Assembly: GCF_036365525.1 (NCBI RefSeq)
Contig: NC_090376.1
Coordinates: forward strand, 57,934,559 to 57,998,558
Direction of reading: 5' to 3'
DNA length: 64,000 nucleotides
Source of the DNA: Heterodontus francisci
Taxonomy: Eukaryota
This document shows positions 22,387 through 34,844 of the stretch, one piece after another. The position numbers were made by a program, and so were the translations under genes. Position 1 is the first letter of the stretch. Every line of letters starts with the position of its first letter. The notes beneath the pieces were generated by a model that was given only the letters and a program-made list of their open reading frames with translations, was not told the origin of the DNA and made no database searches.

Positions 22387-25300
22387 GTCAGATGGTTTCA
22401 CAGGTCGGCGCAACATCGAGGGCTGAAGGGCCTGTACAGCGCTGTAATGTTCTATGTTCTAAGGAGACCAGTATTGTACACAGAACTCCAGATGTAGTCT
22501 CACCAATGTCCTGTATAGCTGAAGCATAACCTCCCTACTTTTGTATTCAATTCCTGTCACGATAAATGATAACATTCTATTAGCTTTCCTAATTATGTGC
22601 TGTACCTGCATACTAACCTTTTGCGCTTCATGTACTAGGACAGTCTGCATCTCAGAGTTCTGCAATCTCTTACCATTTAAATAATATGCTTCTTTCTTAT
22701 TCTTCTTGCCAAAGTGGACAATTTCACACTTTCTCACATTATACTCCATTTCCTGGTCTTTGCCCACTCACTTAACCTATCTATATCCCTTTGTAGTCCC
22801 CTTATGTCCTCTTCACAAGTTACTTTCCTACCTATCTTTGTGTCATCAGCAAATTCAGCAACCATTCCTTCGATCCTTTCATCTAAGTCATTTATATAAA
22901 TTGTAAAAAGTTGAGGCTCCAGCACAGATCCCTATGGCACACCACTCATTACATCTTGCCAAGCAGAAAGTGACCCATTTATGCCCACCGTCTTGTTTCT
23001 TGTTAGCAAGCCAATCTTCTATCATGCCAATATGTTACCCACTACACCACAAGCTTTTATTTTCTGCAATAACCTTTGATGTAGCACCTTATCAAATGCC
23101 TTCTGGAAATCTCAGTACAATACATCCACTGGTTCCCCTTTATCCATAGCACATGTAACTCCCTCAAAGAACTCCAATAAATTGGTTAAACATGATTTCC
23201 CTTTCACAAAACCATGTTGACTCTGCCAGATTGCCTTGAATTTTTCTAAATGCCCTGCTATAATGACTTTAATAATAGCTTCGAACATTTTCCCTAAGAC
23301 AGATATTAAGCTGACTGGTTTGTAGGTTCCTGCTTTCTGTCTTCCTCTCTTTTTGAATAAAGGAGTTACATTTGCTATTTTCCAATTTAATGGAACCTTC
23401 CCCGAATCTAGGGAATTTTGGAAAATTAAAACTAACGCATCAACTATCTCACTAGCCACTTCCTCTAACATCCTAGGATGAAGTCCATCAGGACCCCGGG
23501 ACTTGTCAGCCCGCAGCTCCAACAGTTTGTTCAGTACCACTTCCCTGGTGATACTAATTTTCTTGAGTTCCTCCCTTCCTTCCATTTCCTGACTTACAGG
23601 TAATACTGGGATGTTACTTGTATCTTCAATAGTGAAGACCGATGCAAAATATCTGTTCAATTCATCTGTCATCTCCTTATCATCCATTATTAATTCCCCA
23701 GACTCACTTTCTATAGGAACAATGCTCACTGGTTAACTCTTTTCTTTTTAAAATATCTATAGAAACTCTTACTAGCTGTCTTTGTATTTCTAGCTAGCTT
23801 TCTCTCTTACTTTAATTTTACCTTCCTTATCAATCTTTTAGTCATTCTTTGCTGTTTTTTATATTCTGTCCAATCTTCTGACCTGCCTCCCATCTTTGCG
23901 CAATTACATGCTTTTTCTTTAAGTTTGATACTATCTTTAACTGTTTTAGTTAACCATGGATGGCGGGACCCAGCCTTGGAATTTTTCTTTCTCGTTGAAA
24001 TGTATCTATTCTGTGTATTCTGAAATATCCCCTTAAATGTCTGCCACTACATCTCCATTGACCTCTCCCTTAACCTGATATGCCAGTTCACTTTAGCTAG
24101 CTCTGCTTTCATGCCCTCATAATTGCCCTTTTTAAGTTTAAAATACAAGGCTTGGACCCACTCTTCTCTCCTTCAAACTGAATGTAAAATTCAATCAATA
24201 CCTAGGGGCACTTTAACTATGAGGTCATTAATTAATCCTATCTCATTGCACAACACCAGGTCTAGTACAGCCTGGTCTCTGGTTGGCTACAGAACGTATT
24301 GTTCCAAGAAATTATCCTGAAAACATTCTATGTACTCCTCATCTAGGCTACCTCTGCCCATCTAATTTTTCCAATCTATATGTAGGTTAAAATCCCCCAT
24401 AATTATCGCTGTACCTTTCTGACAAGCTGCCATTATTTCTTCCTTTATACCCCATCGTACAGTGTGGTTAATGTTGGGTGGCCTGCACACCACCCCCACA
24501 AATGACTTCTTGCCTTTCTGATTTCTCATCTCTACTCAAACTGCTTCTACATCCTGGTCTCCTGAACTTAGGTCATCCCTCTCTATTCCGCTAATACCAT
24601 CATTAATTAACAGACTACGCCTCCACCTTTTCCTAGCTTCCTGTCCTTCCTAAATGCCATGTACTCTTCAATATTCAGGTCCCAATCTATGTCAGCCTGC
24701 AGCCATGTCTCTGTAATGGTTATCAGATCGCACTTATTTATTTCTATTTGCGCTCCCAGTTCATCTGTTTTGTTTTGAATGTTACTTGCATTCAGATATG
24801 GAGCCTTTAGTTTTGTCCTTTTATTATTTTTGTAACCTCTAGCCTTATCTGTTGATTTACTCTTAGATTTGTATGCTCTGTCCCTTCCTGTCACAGTCTG
24901 TTTATAATTTCCCATATTAATACCTTTCTCTCTTGCCTTGTCTCTACTCCTTGATTTACTATATCTTCCCAAATTTGATCCCTTGCCCCCACTATTCAGT
25001 TTAAAACCCTCTCTACTTCCTTAGTTATGCGGCTCACTAGAACACTGGCCCAGCACAGTTCAGGTGTAGACCATCCCAACAGTACAGCCACCACTTTCCC
25101 CAGTACTGCTGCCAGTGCCCCACGAACCAGAACCCATTTCTACCACACCAGTCCTTGAGCCATGCATTAATTTCTCTAATCTTATTTGCCCTATTCCAAT
25201 TTGCATGTGGCTGAGGTAATAATCCAGAGATTATTACCTTTGAGGTTCTGCTTCTTAATTTGGCACCTAGTTCCTCATACTGACTATGCAGAATCTCTTT

Positions 25301-25671
25301 CCTTGTCCTACCTATGTTGTTGGTACCTACATGGACCACGACAACTGGATCCTCCCCCTCCCACTGTACGTTGCTTTCCAGCCCTGAGCAGATGTCCCAA
25401 ACCCTGGCACCGGGAAGTCAATACAGCTGTCTGAACCCTCGCTCTTTGCTGCAGAGAACAGTGTCAATCCTCCTCAGTATACTGTCCCCACTACATTCCT
25501 TTTTACTCCCTCCACTTGAATGACTTCCTGTACCATAGTGCCATGGTCAGGTTGCTCATCCACTCTGCAGCCCCCACTCTCATCCAAACAAGCTGAAAGA
25601 ACCTCAAACTTGTTGGACAATCGCAAAGGCTGAGGCTCTCGCACTCCTGTCCTTTGGGTCCCCTTACCTGT

Positions 25672-25868
25672 CATAGAGTCGTAGAGTAATACAGCACAGA
25701 AATAGGCCCTTCGGCCCATTGTGTCCATGCCAGCCATCAAGCACCGAGCTATTCTAATCCCATTTTCCAGCACTTGGCCCGTAGCCTTGTATGCTATGGT
25801 GTTTCAAGTGCTCATCTAAATACTTCTTAAATGTTGTGAGGGTTCCTGCCTCTACCACCTCTTCAGGC
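25672..25868 (-). mobile_element. Short CR1 3' end inserted in ORF1 of the minus-strand CR1
   Basis: Reverse strand reads VVEAGTLTTFKKYLDEHLK plus tail; same family as ~39405-39600. Confidence 0.75.
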
Positions 25869-26534
25869 TGTGCCTCAGCTGCAGCCACACTCTCCTGTTC
25901 CTGACCACTGACCAAATCAGAAGACCCTACCCTAAGGGGTGTGACTGCCTCCTTGTACAAAATGTTCAGGTAACTTTCCCTTCCCTGATGTGTCGCAGTG
26001 TCTGCAGCTCGGACTCCAGTGCAATGACTCTGAGCCGAAGCTCTTCGAGCCGCAAACACTTACTGCAGACGTGTTTGCCCTGGATCACACTGGCATCCAG
26101 GAACTCCCACATGCTGCAGCCATGACACATCACCTGTCCTGCCATCTTTAATGTGTTTTAATTATCTAATTAATTATTTTATTCAATTGTTTATTTTATT
26201 TTCCTTTTTTTGTGTATTTTATTAAGCTTACCACTAGTTCCTTTACCATTTACGACATTAGGATTAGAATGGACCTCAATCACTTATCAGATATTCACCA
26301 AACAGTTAGCTTCTTCCCAAACTAATCACCTACCTACTTACCTGTGATGTTTGATGCTATGTTTGATTTAAATTAAATTAAACTATATACCCACCCCAGT
26401 GGCTCTCTGTTTCCCTGCTCTCACTGTTAATTGTGACGTCACTCTGATGTCACTTTTCGATTTTTCACTGCTTCGCTCCCACTGTGCACCTCTCTCTCTC
26501 TTCACTCCCACTGTGCTTCTCTCTCTCTCTCTCT

Positions 26535-26900
26535 CCGCTCCCACCGTGCTTTTCTCTCTTGCTCTGTCTATCTCCGGCTCTGGGCTTTTGGTGCACTTTT
26601 TAAACCTCTGTTCCCACCGTGCTCCTCTCTCTTGCTCTGTCTGTCTCTGGTCTCTGACTCTGGGCTCTTGGCGCACTTTTTAAACCTCCGCTCCCACTGT
26701 GCTCCTCGCTCTCTTGTTCTGTCTGTCTCTGGTCTCTGACTCTGGGCTCTTGGCGCACTTTTTAAACCTCCGCTCCCACTGTGCTCCTCGCTCTCTTGTT
26801 CTGTCTGTCTCCAGTCTCTGACTCTGGGCTGTTGGCGCATTTTTTAAACCTCCACTCCCACCTAGCTGCTCTCTCTCTTGCTCTGAGTGTCTCCAGTCTC
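26535..26900 (-). repeat. 80-82 bp tandem monomer array (about 4.5 copies) forming the CR1 5' UTR
   Basis: The unit anchor G(C/T)GCA(C/T)TTTTTAAACCTC recurs at 26591, 26671, 26753 and 26835; the array ends at the element's target-site duplication. Confidence 0.9.
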
Positions 26901-28445
26901 TTCCATCAAAGTGATGGAAGGAGTCATCAACAGTGCTATCAAGTGACACTTGCTCAGCAATAACCTGCTCACTGACGCTCAGTTTGGGTTCCGTCAGGGC
27001 CACTGAGCTCCTGACTTCATTACAGCCTTGGTCCAATCATGGACAAAAGAGCATTTGACTGAGTATGGCATCAAGGAGCCTCAGCAAAACTGGAATCAAT
27101 GGGAATCAGGGAGAAAACTCTCCTCTGGTTGGAGTCATACCTAGAACAAAGGACGACGGTGGTGGTTGTTAGAGGTCAATCATCTCAATCCCAGAACATC
27201 ACTGCAGGAGTTCCTCAGGGTTGTGTCTTCGGCCCAACCATCTACAGTTGCTTCATCAAAGACCTTCCTTCCATGACAAGGTCAGAACTGGGGATGTTCG
27301 CTGATGATTGCACAATGTTCAGCACCATTCACGACTCCTCATGATACTGAAGCAACCATGTCCATATGCAGCAAGTCCTAGACAACATACAGGCTTGGGC
27401 TGATAAGTGGCAAAGTAACATTCGTGCCACACAAGTGCCAGGCAATGACCATCTCCAACAAGAGAGAAACTAACCATCTCCCCTTGACGTTTAATGGCAT
27501 TACGATCGTTGAATTCCCAACTATCAACATTCTAGGTGTTACCATTGACCAGAAGCTGAACTGGAGTAGCCATATAAATACTGTGGCTACAAGAGCAGGT
27601 CGGAGGCTAGGAATCCTGCGGCAAGTAACTCACATCCTGTCTCCCCAATGCCTGTCCACCATCTGAAAGGTACAAGTCAGGAGTATGATGGAATACTCTC
27701 CACTTGCCTGGATGGGTGCAGCTCCAACAACACTCAAGAAGCTCGATACCATCCAGGACAAAGCAGCCCACTTGATTAGCACCCCATTTACCACCCTCAA
27801 CATGCACTTCCTCCACCACCGATGCACAGTGGCAGCAGTGTGTACCATCCACAAGATGCACTGCAGCAATGCACCAAGGCTCCTTAGACAGCATCTTCCA
27901 AACCCGCAACCTCTACCATCTAGAAGGACAAGGCAGCAGATGCATGGGAACACCACCAGCTGCAAGCTCCCCTCCAAGCCACGCACCATCCTGACTTGGA
28001 ACTATATCGCTGTTCCTTCCCTGTCATTGGGTCAAAATCTTGGAACTCCCTTCCTAACAGCACTGTGGGTGTACCTACACCCCAAGGACTGCAGCAGTTC
28101 AAGAAGGCAGCTCACCATCACCTTCTCAAGGACAATTAGGGATGGGCAATAAATGTTGGCCGAGCCAGCAACGCCCACATCCCACGATCAAATGAAAAAA
28201 ATCTTGCATGTGCTATACATGTTAACATAGGATGCGCTTCCGCTCAATTTTATATAAACATTACAACGTTCTGTATTTATGACTATTAATTTGGCTAAAA
28301 TAAAATGTGAATATTTAGGACATCTTTCCTCATCTAGATATCTATCACTACCATAAGAGGAAGACAGGACTTTTAAAGGCTTCATATGCAGTAAGTCCTG
28401 AGGTTTGAAATGATTTTTGTTTAAGAAAAATCATTCAATTAGATT

Positions 28446-28921
28446 GGCATTTTTACACCTCTGGGGTGAGGCCAAGGTTCAGACACAGAATGCCAAGTTT
28501 TTGCCAACGTCATGGTTTCCAGACTGTTGTCCATGGCGACTTAATGACAAATGTAAGGTTTGTAATACAGTAGAGAACTAAGGTGAATTCAGAGTATACA
28601 GAGGGAGAGCACAGGAGCGCTCTTCCCTCCTCTACAGCACTACAGCAGGCTCCTGCCAACGCACAATCACCCTGCCCTCCTGTTCTCCTGCCTCCGCTTA
28701 TCCCCAACCCCCCAGGACTTACCTGGGACCTGGTGATGCACGCAGCCCTTATATTTGATGCGGCCACACGAGCATGCCGTTTCTGGAGGCACAGTAGGCA
28801 CTGCCAGCTTGCACTAATTATTGCAATGAAGCCTGAGACCCACTTTCTGTTGAGCCTCAGGCATCCCTGTTCAGGCATATGCTGGAAGCATGCCATCAGT
28901 TACATACATGTAAAAAAGGCC
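28446..28921. mobile_element. Possible old MITE
   Basis: Imperfect inverted termini GGCATTTTTACA / TGTAAAAAAGGCC around a GC-richer interior. Confidence 0.35.
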
Positions 28922-30076
28922 ATAACAAAACTTTTTTAGCTCCTTTGCTTCTCCTGGTGATGACTGTAAAATCCAGCCTACATGCTGCCAGACCACTACC
29001 TGGCAAGACACTTAGATATTCTAATGTACATTCTGATCCTAGTGTTGCTGCTCAAGAGGAATTGACCAAGGTAGACAGTTTGACAACTTGAAGTAACCTG
29101 TTAACTGCTTACCAGGGAAAAATCTATTGACCGAGGTGCTCAGATGATATTTGCTAATCAGTGAAACTGAACCTCTCAGTCTCTTTGTCTAATAATAGTG
29201 GATCTTCCATAACATTGCGCATGATAAATCAGAGCAAACACTGTTTTACAATTACAGGACCAGCATACCACATAAGATACAATGAGACTGAATCTTCTCT
29301 GATTAGCACCTGGGGAATGCTCAGCTTCTGGGCGGAATGCAGAGGGAAACGGGCCGGAGATTCAGCTCCACGGACCTTTTGTATAGCTGGGAGTTCTGGG
29401 GTTTCCCTGTGGCTGGGACAGAGTAAGCATTCAAATGCACTCAAATGAGGTAGGAGGGGCCTAATTAAGTCTCTGGCCTCAGTTTCCTCTCAGAACTCTA
29501 ATCCATCCAAGAAGATCGTTGTCAAAAGACTTCTGGCTGCAATTTTTGGACAGCAGTCAGAAGGCCCCACAGTGAATGGCCATTACTGCTGCTGCAAGTG
29601 TATTATGCAGATGGATTTCTGCACCCCAATTTTTGTCACAGGCCCATGGCAGGGACTTGCTAAAGACCTGAACCCAGAAATACAGGCAGATTCAAGTCAT
29701 GTCAAGTGGACCACACTCCAGGTGACTGGTCCCCACTTGGCGGGTGTCGGGGGTGGAAGGTGGGTGGTGCTGGGGAGTTGTGGATCATGGGGAGGTGATT
29801 CAAAAGTAAGTCCTGTGGAAGATGGAGCTACCTTAAGGGTGACACAAAGTCGAATTGCTAAAAGTTAACACTGTATGTGTGCAATCAGAGATTAATTGTT
29901 ATTGTGATGGAAATATACAGGTTGCAAGGTAATTTTGTTCCTGTTCAACATTATGTGTTGTTTTAGTTAACTATTTTCTGTGGGAATTCTGCCGTGAGAT
30001 TCAAAGTTGTGCTAAGCATTGTTGTAATATGCGTGTCTCTGGTTAAAGAATTTAATAAAGTACTTTTTTTTTTAAG

Positions 30077-30231
30077 TTGCGGATTGGGATCCATTCTGGC
30101 TCTGTACTGGCAGGAGTTGTTGGTGTGAAAATGCCTCGTTATTGCTTGTTTGGAAACAACGTGACTCTGGCCAGCAAATTTGAATCAGGAAGTCAACCGC
30201 GGTGCATTAATGTCAGTCCCACAACATACCA
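30077..30231 (+). CDS. GUCY1A2: Soluble guanylate cyclase alpha-2, penultimate coding exon (catalytic domain)
   Basis: T-tract plus AAG acceptor; 155 bp encoding [51 protein letters not shown](Q); donor CA|GTAAGT, phase 2, compatible with the next exon. Confidence 0.96.
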
Positions 30232-32309
30232 GTAAGTACAAAATACAGCATGGCTCACATACGTAATAGTACAGATAACGAAAGGCTGTTTGACAAGTTC
30301 TTTGACACAAAGAGCCCAGGACCTTTGAATCTAGGAGTGTGCATAAAGCAATAGTATTTAATGACCATCAGCTAATAGATTTGTTTCTCTCTATCATGAG
30401 CACACAATACACAGAATAAACTTAAACTGACACTTCAGGCGTGAAAATTCCTCTTGCCTTTTCTAGCCGTACTTATACTGAAATAAGTCTGAAGATAATT
30501 TTTTTTTCTTTTTAGTTTTCTCCCCTCCCACTTGGAATTATGAGTGGATTTTCTTCTTAGTTGAGCCTGAGGAACGCTTAGTTACATCAGGTCTTTAGCT
30601 CCACTTTGCTGAACCAGGATTTCCTGTGACTTCTGTAAAGTATATCACGAGGCCTGTCCTGTAGCGGCAGATGGAGTGACTAGTAACAGTAGGCCTCACC
30701 ACCATTTTTCCCCCTAAATTGTGCAGGTGCACAGTTGAGCAGCAATCCAGAATGTACCGCACAGCCAACGTTCCCTTTAAAATGCACGTGGGTGCAGTAG
30801 CACAGCAGTCTTTAAGTTACGACACAGTGCAACAAATAGGCTTCGCACAATGAGGAAATATTGGAGGGAACATGCTCACAATCCAAAATTTTCATCATTT
30901 TCTAAACAATCTCATCTGATTTCAGGCAGCATTGCAGAGGAGAATACCCCCATACCCCATGTTCCCTCATGACCTCCAGTACTTTAATGGTTCTAGTCAA
31001 TAATGGAGAAGCTTCAGGACAGAATCTTCTCCTGAAGAACTACACACACAAATCTACACAGTACCACTTTGTGGCATACATTTATACATAAGTGAAGCCA
31101 CAATTCTGTCACCTTTATTACAATTATTTTCATTAAACGTTATTTCTTGTAATAAACTTTGAGAAGTGTAATATGTTTCTGTTAAAGTAGTTATTTTATT
31201 TCAATTTTTGGCAATCACATTGGACCATACAGAGCTTTGATATACCTAATACCTTCACCAGATAGCAAACAAGCTGTCTTAAACCTCAGCACAAGGTAAA
31301 GCATGTGGTGATTCCCTTGTTGTTGTGCACCCAGCAAGAGTACAAAGTAACCCAAGCTCATTTGCATTGAGTGCCATTAAATTCTGGGCTCCATCATATG
31401 TTCTGGTACAAATTCAGCTCACTGCACTCTGTAAAGTACGCTGTTCAGCAATATTCTAATTGGATCCTCCAGCCAATGAGCATGTGTTTCATAGAAGGAC
31501 CTGCTGTAGCTACCAAGTGCAGATTTCAATCAACATCATTAATACAAGACCGTAAAAATCAAGTAAGTGCTCTTATTAATGCATTATGAATATTTTGTAA
31601 CACACTCCTAACAATAAGCTTGATCAGGCATTACAGAACTAATTGGTCCCTGCTAACAACTACCTCTCTGAGAATTGGAAAAGGCAGCACATCTAATTAT
31701 TTTGACATTTGCAAGTTTATTTTCAGCAGGCCAAATCTTTACCTATCCCAGGATTGGGTTATCTTAATCATTGGTACCTATTTTGGTATTTCTTTTTATC
31801 ACTGTTAATTAATTTCATGGAGCTTAATGGCCTAGAAATTTGATAGCGCTGCACTCAGTTAGGGGGTGTGAAACAGGCACTTAGGAGTCCAATATAATGA
31901 GCAACATGTGCCCCATCCTGAACCAGAAGTGCGCCTCCTGCCGTATTGGATTGGATGCGCCCATTAGCATTCAAAAGTATTAAAAAACCTAATGATTTTA
32001 TTAAAATAGGGTTGTACGCTCATTGTAGGATCTTTTTCTGAACACAACAATCAGGCAACACTTATAACCACCATTCATACAACCACCATCCAATTCCCCT
32101 GTTCCAGTCCAGCCTCATGAGTGTTGCCCTCACTTGAAATCAAAAATCAGCACCAAAGCTTAATCCAGAAAATAAAAGTCTACAAGAATTCATTTCATAA
32201 TTGGAAAACAGTCAATTTGCAGAATATAGAATCACCCTTTTACAAAGCCCCAGTGCTTGTGTGCTCATTTAATTATTCTATTGCCCTTACAAAGTGGGTC
32301 CCCAAAGAT

Positions 32310-32625
32310 TACAGTTTCTTCAAAAGCACCTCACAAACCCACAATCTCTACCACCTTGAAGGACAGCAGCAGTAGGTCCATGGGAACATCATCACCTCCA
32401 AGTTTCCCTCCAAGTCCTACATCATCCTGACTAGGCCATATGTTGCCATTCCTTCATCATCACATGGATCAAAATCCTGGAACTCCCTACATAACAGCAT
32501 TGTGCGAGAACCTTCATCACATGGACGACATTGGTTCAAGCATGCTGCTCACTACCACCTCTCAAAGGCAACTAGGGAGGACAATAAATTCTGGCCTTGC
32601 TAACAATGCCAAGAGTGATTTTTCT
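32310..32625 (+). mobile_element. Old 3' fragment of the Zenon-like LINE
   Basis: Collinear with ~27880-28200 (CATGGGAACA...CCCTCCAAG...CAAAATCCTGGAACTCCCT...AATAAAT). Confidence 0.75.
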
Positions 32626-33142
32626 TTTAAAAAGGTGGAAGGCTGCTGAGTTTCCATTGAGGACACTACATACTGCCGTTAGACGGTCAGCATCCTCGAG
32701 CAGCTCTGGTCCCTGAGGGCCTGGCCGCAGACTGCAGCATCTTGGCCTGATTCATAGACTGGGCTGCTGGTTAAGCACATCTGTCATTGTGTATGTACTC
32801 CTTTTGCTTACCACATCTAAAGACTACTTTTCTGCTTGTATGACAGGATAGTCCATAATACAAAAGAACTAACCAGAACCAGAAGAGGGCTTAGAAGTTG
32901 TAAGCCTTTCATTTCCTTGGAGAGAACATCCTGAGCATCCTTATATAAAAGAGCACTGACGGAGTAGGTAGAATCTGAAGCTGCCAATCTCTCCTGAGCT
33001 CTGTCCAAGAACCATCCATATGCATTATTTTGCTTCCTCTTCTCACGCTATCTAACACAGGCATACATAAATATCACACACAGTATCTTGCAATGCAGGC
33101 ATTATTTGAAGGTACCACCCTGAACCAGAATCCCAACATTTA

Positions 33143-33857
33143 GAGCTGGATTTTACCGTAGGCGGACGGGACTTCGCCACCGACGTAAAAGTCGGTGGTG
33201 AACCTGCTTCCGCCTAGCCCGGGGATCCGACCCACATTTTACCGGTCCCTGGGCTTTAATTGTCCTAAGATGGAACTACCACCCACGAGGGAGGAGGTCC
33301 TGCCTCAGTGAGCTGCCACCCAATCAGCGGGCCGGCAGCTCTTAGTTCCAGCAGCACCACGGGAACGGTGGCCACTGCTGGGACTGCAGCCCAGCCGACG
33401 TCATGGAGCCAGGACTTAAGGTAAGTTGGGCTTCCCTCACCGGGGGGGTTGATCGGTCGTGGCGGTGAGGCAAGAGTAGTCGGTTGGTTGGGGGGGGGGG
33501 GGTGGTGCGTCTTGGGTCCCGGGGGTGGGTTGGGAGGTGGGGGCAGCCCTCAATCTGCCATGGCACTCCCCCTGGCGAGCGGAACGCCTGGCAGCTATCG
33601 CTGGGCGGCCTTTCACATCCCCAGCATGCCCGCTTGCCACGGGTAAAATACCCATGGAGGCGGGAAAAGGCCCTTAAGTAGCCACTTAAGGACCTTGATT
33701 GGCCTCGGGTGGCGGGCCGTTTCCCCCCACCACCTGACCGGCGTAACGTTGGCCGGAGGCGGGAGCGGGACAGGAAGGCCTCCCGGATCCTCCCACTCAG
33801 TTTTACACCAACCCCATGCCACCATCCGACCTGCTGGGGCAGTGTAAAATTCAGCCC
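33143..33857. mobile_element. Harbinger/PIF MITE
   Basis: Termini GAGCTGGATTTTAC / GTAAAATTCAGCCC; perfect TTA duplication at 33140-33142 and 33858-33860; CpG-rich interior. Confidence 0.85.
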
Positions 33858-34844
33858 TTAATCTTTTTCTGTGATTATTGAAGATCAGGCTGCTAGCACT
33901 GTCAATGGCCCAAAACAATACAGCACCTTTGTCTTTCTCATCAATATTTAGAAGCATCAGCACAGTGATATATTTCTCAACGGCTGCAGTTAATGAACAC
34001 TGGGTGAGTCACCAGTGCACAGATTAAGAGGTGCAAATTGTGGTGGCAGAGGAGAAAGCTACTACCCTGATGTCTCTTTTGCTGATGCCAATGAACCCCC
34101 CTCTGCTTTGGGAAATGGAGCAGTACTGTGAAATTGAGAGGCCATATCATACTCCTGGTGCTATTCAGAGAGAAAGGAGATGAAAATGCTGGATATGTTG
34201 ACCGTCTGCTTGTTCATGTGAGGGTAGCACATTGGGTAATACTGCTGTTGCCCCTATAATAGACTGGAAGAAGGTGGAGGCAGAAAAGTTAAGGCACAGG
34301 TAAATCTTGACTGCACTTGAATGCCATTCATTTGATGCAGGCTGGCCGCAGATGTCCCTGGTAAATAGTTGCCTAATGATCCGCATGTACTTTTTTCTTT
34401 TATGTTTTCTGATGCAACATAAATGAGATGTGTGAAGTTTAGTTGGTTGAAGATGTCAAACAGGTTTATTACAGCTAACTTATTATGTACAGTACAGAGC
34501 AAACTATTTACAGAACCTTACTCTAGGCATTACAGTTACAGAGTGACTCTGGCTCCGAGTCACGTGACTGCATCCTGATACTTGGATCATTAGCAGACTA
34601 GGATCTTAAAGGGTTTACATATATGATTGGAAGCACAAAGGCGAATGCAGGCAGTTGGGCTCAGGTGCCTGCTGATCATCTTTTCTTGATTTAGTTCAGT
34701 TTGCACCATTCCAACTTGAAATATCATACTTCAGGCACGTGAAAATCAACCCCCATCATTAATTCAAACTTGACTTGCTGATGTCACAGGACTTATAGCT
34801 TTCACTTAGGTACCTTGTCACTCCCTGAGCAGCTGCAAAAGCTT

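Larger units (their letters stand above)
18531..22461 (+). mobile_element. Young, nearly intact CR1 LINE
   Basis: Complete ORF1 and a long ORF2; 3' tail TGTTCTATGTTCTA. It interrupts the host at CCTTAAATA|AGGAGACC with TA microhomology and no clear target-site duplication. Confidence 0.95.
18032..26906 (-). mobile_element. Full-length degraded CR1 LINE (own sequence 18032-18530 and 22462-26906)
   Basis: Tandem-repeat 5' UTR; ORF1 ATG at 26145 with CxxCxMW; esterase ORF 25037..25339; endonuclease 24607..24972; RT 23112..23729; (TTCGTATG) tail at 18032. Flanking 9-bp duplication CAAAATGAT/CAAAGTGAT at 18023-18031 and 26907-26915. Confidence 0.88.
16106..28201 (+). mobile_element. Near full-length Zenon-like CR1-clade LINE with a tRNA-like head (own sequence 16106-18031 and 26907-28201)
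   Basis: B-box GGTTCGAATCC at 16148-16158. Endonuclease motifs PDIVILWESYL, VGDFNV and EPTRG; RT motifs GVPQG, FADDCT and MEYSPLAW; A-tail at ~28195. No ORF1 between head and endonuclease. Clade call from motif similarity only. Confidence 0.75.

Noticed and set aside
26535-26900. Regular ~82-bp periodicity as a CRISPR array, or ORFs 26383-27036 as genes
   Set aside because: The whole unit repeats with no unique spacers, the context is eukaryotic, and the ORFs are translations of the tandem repeat.
30054-30059. AATAAA just before the exon acceptor as an intronic poly(A) site
   Set aside because: It lies in the AT-rich branch/polypyrimidine region; such hexamers are frequent by chance.
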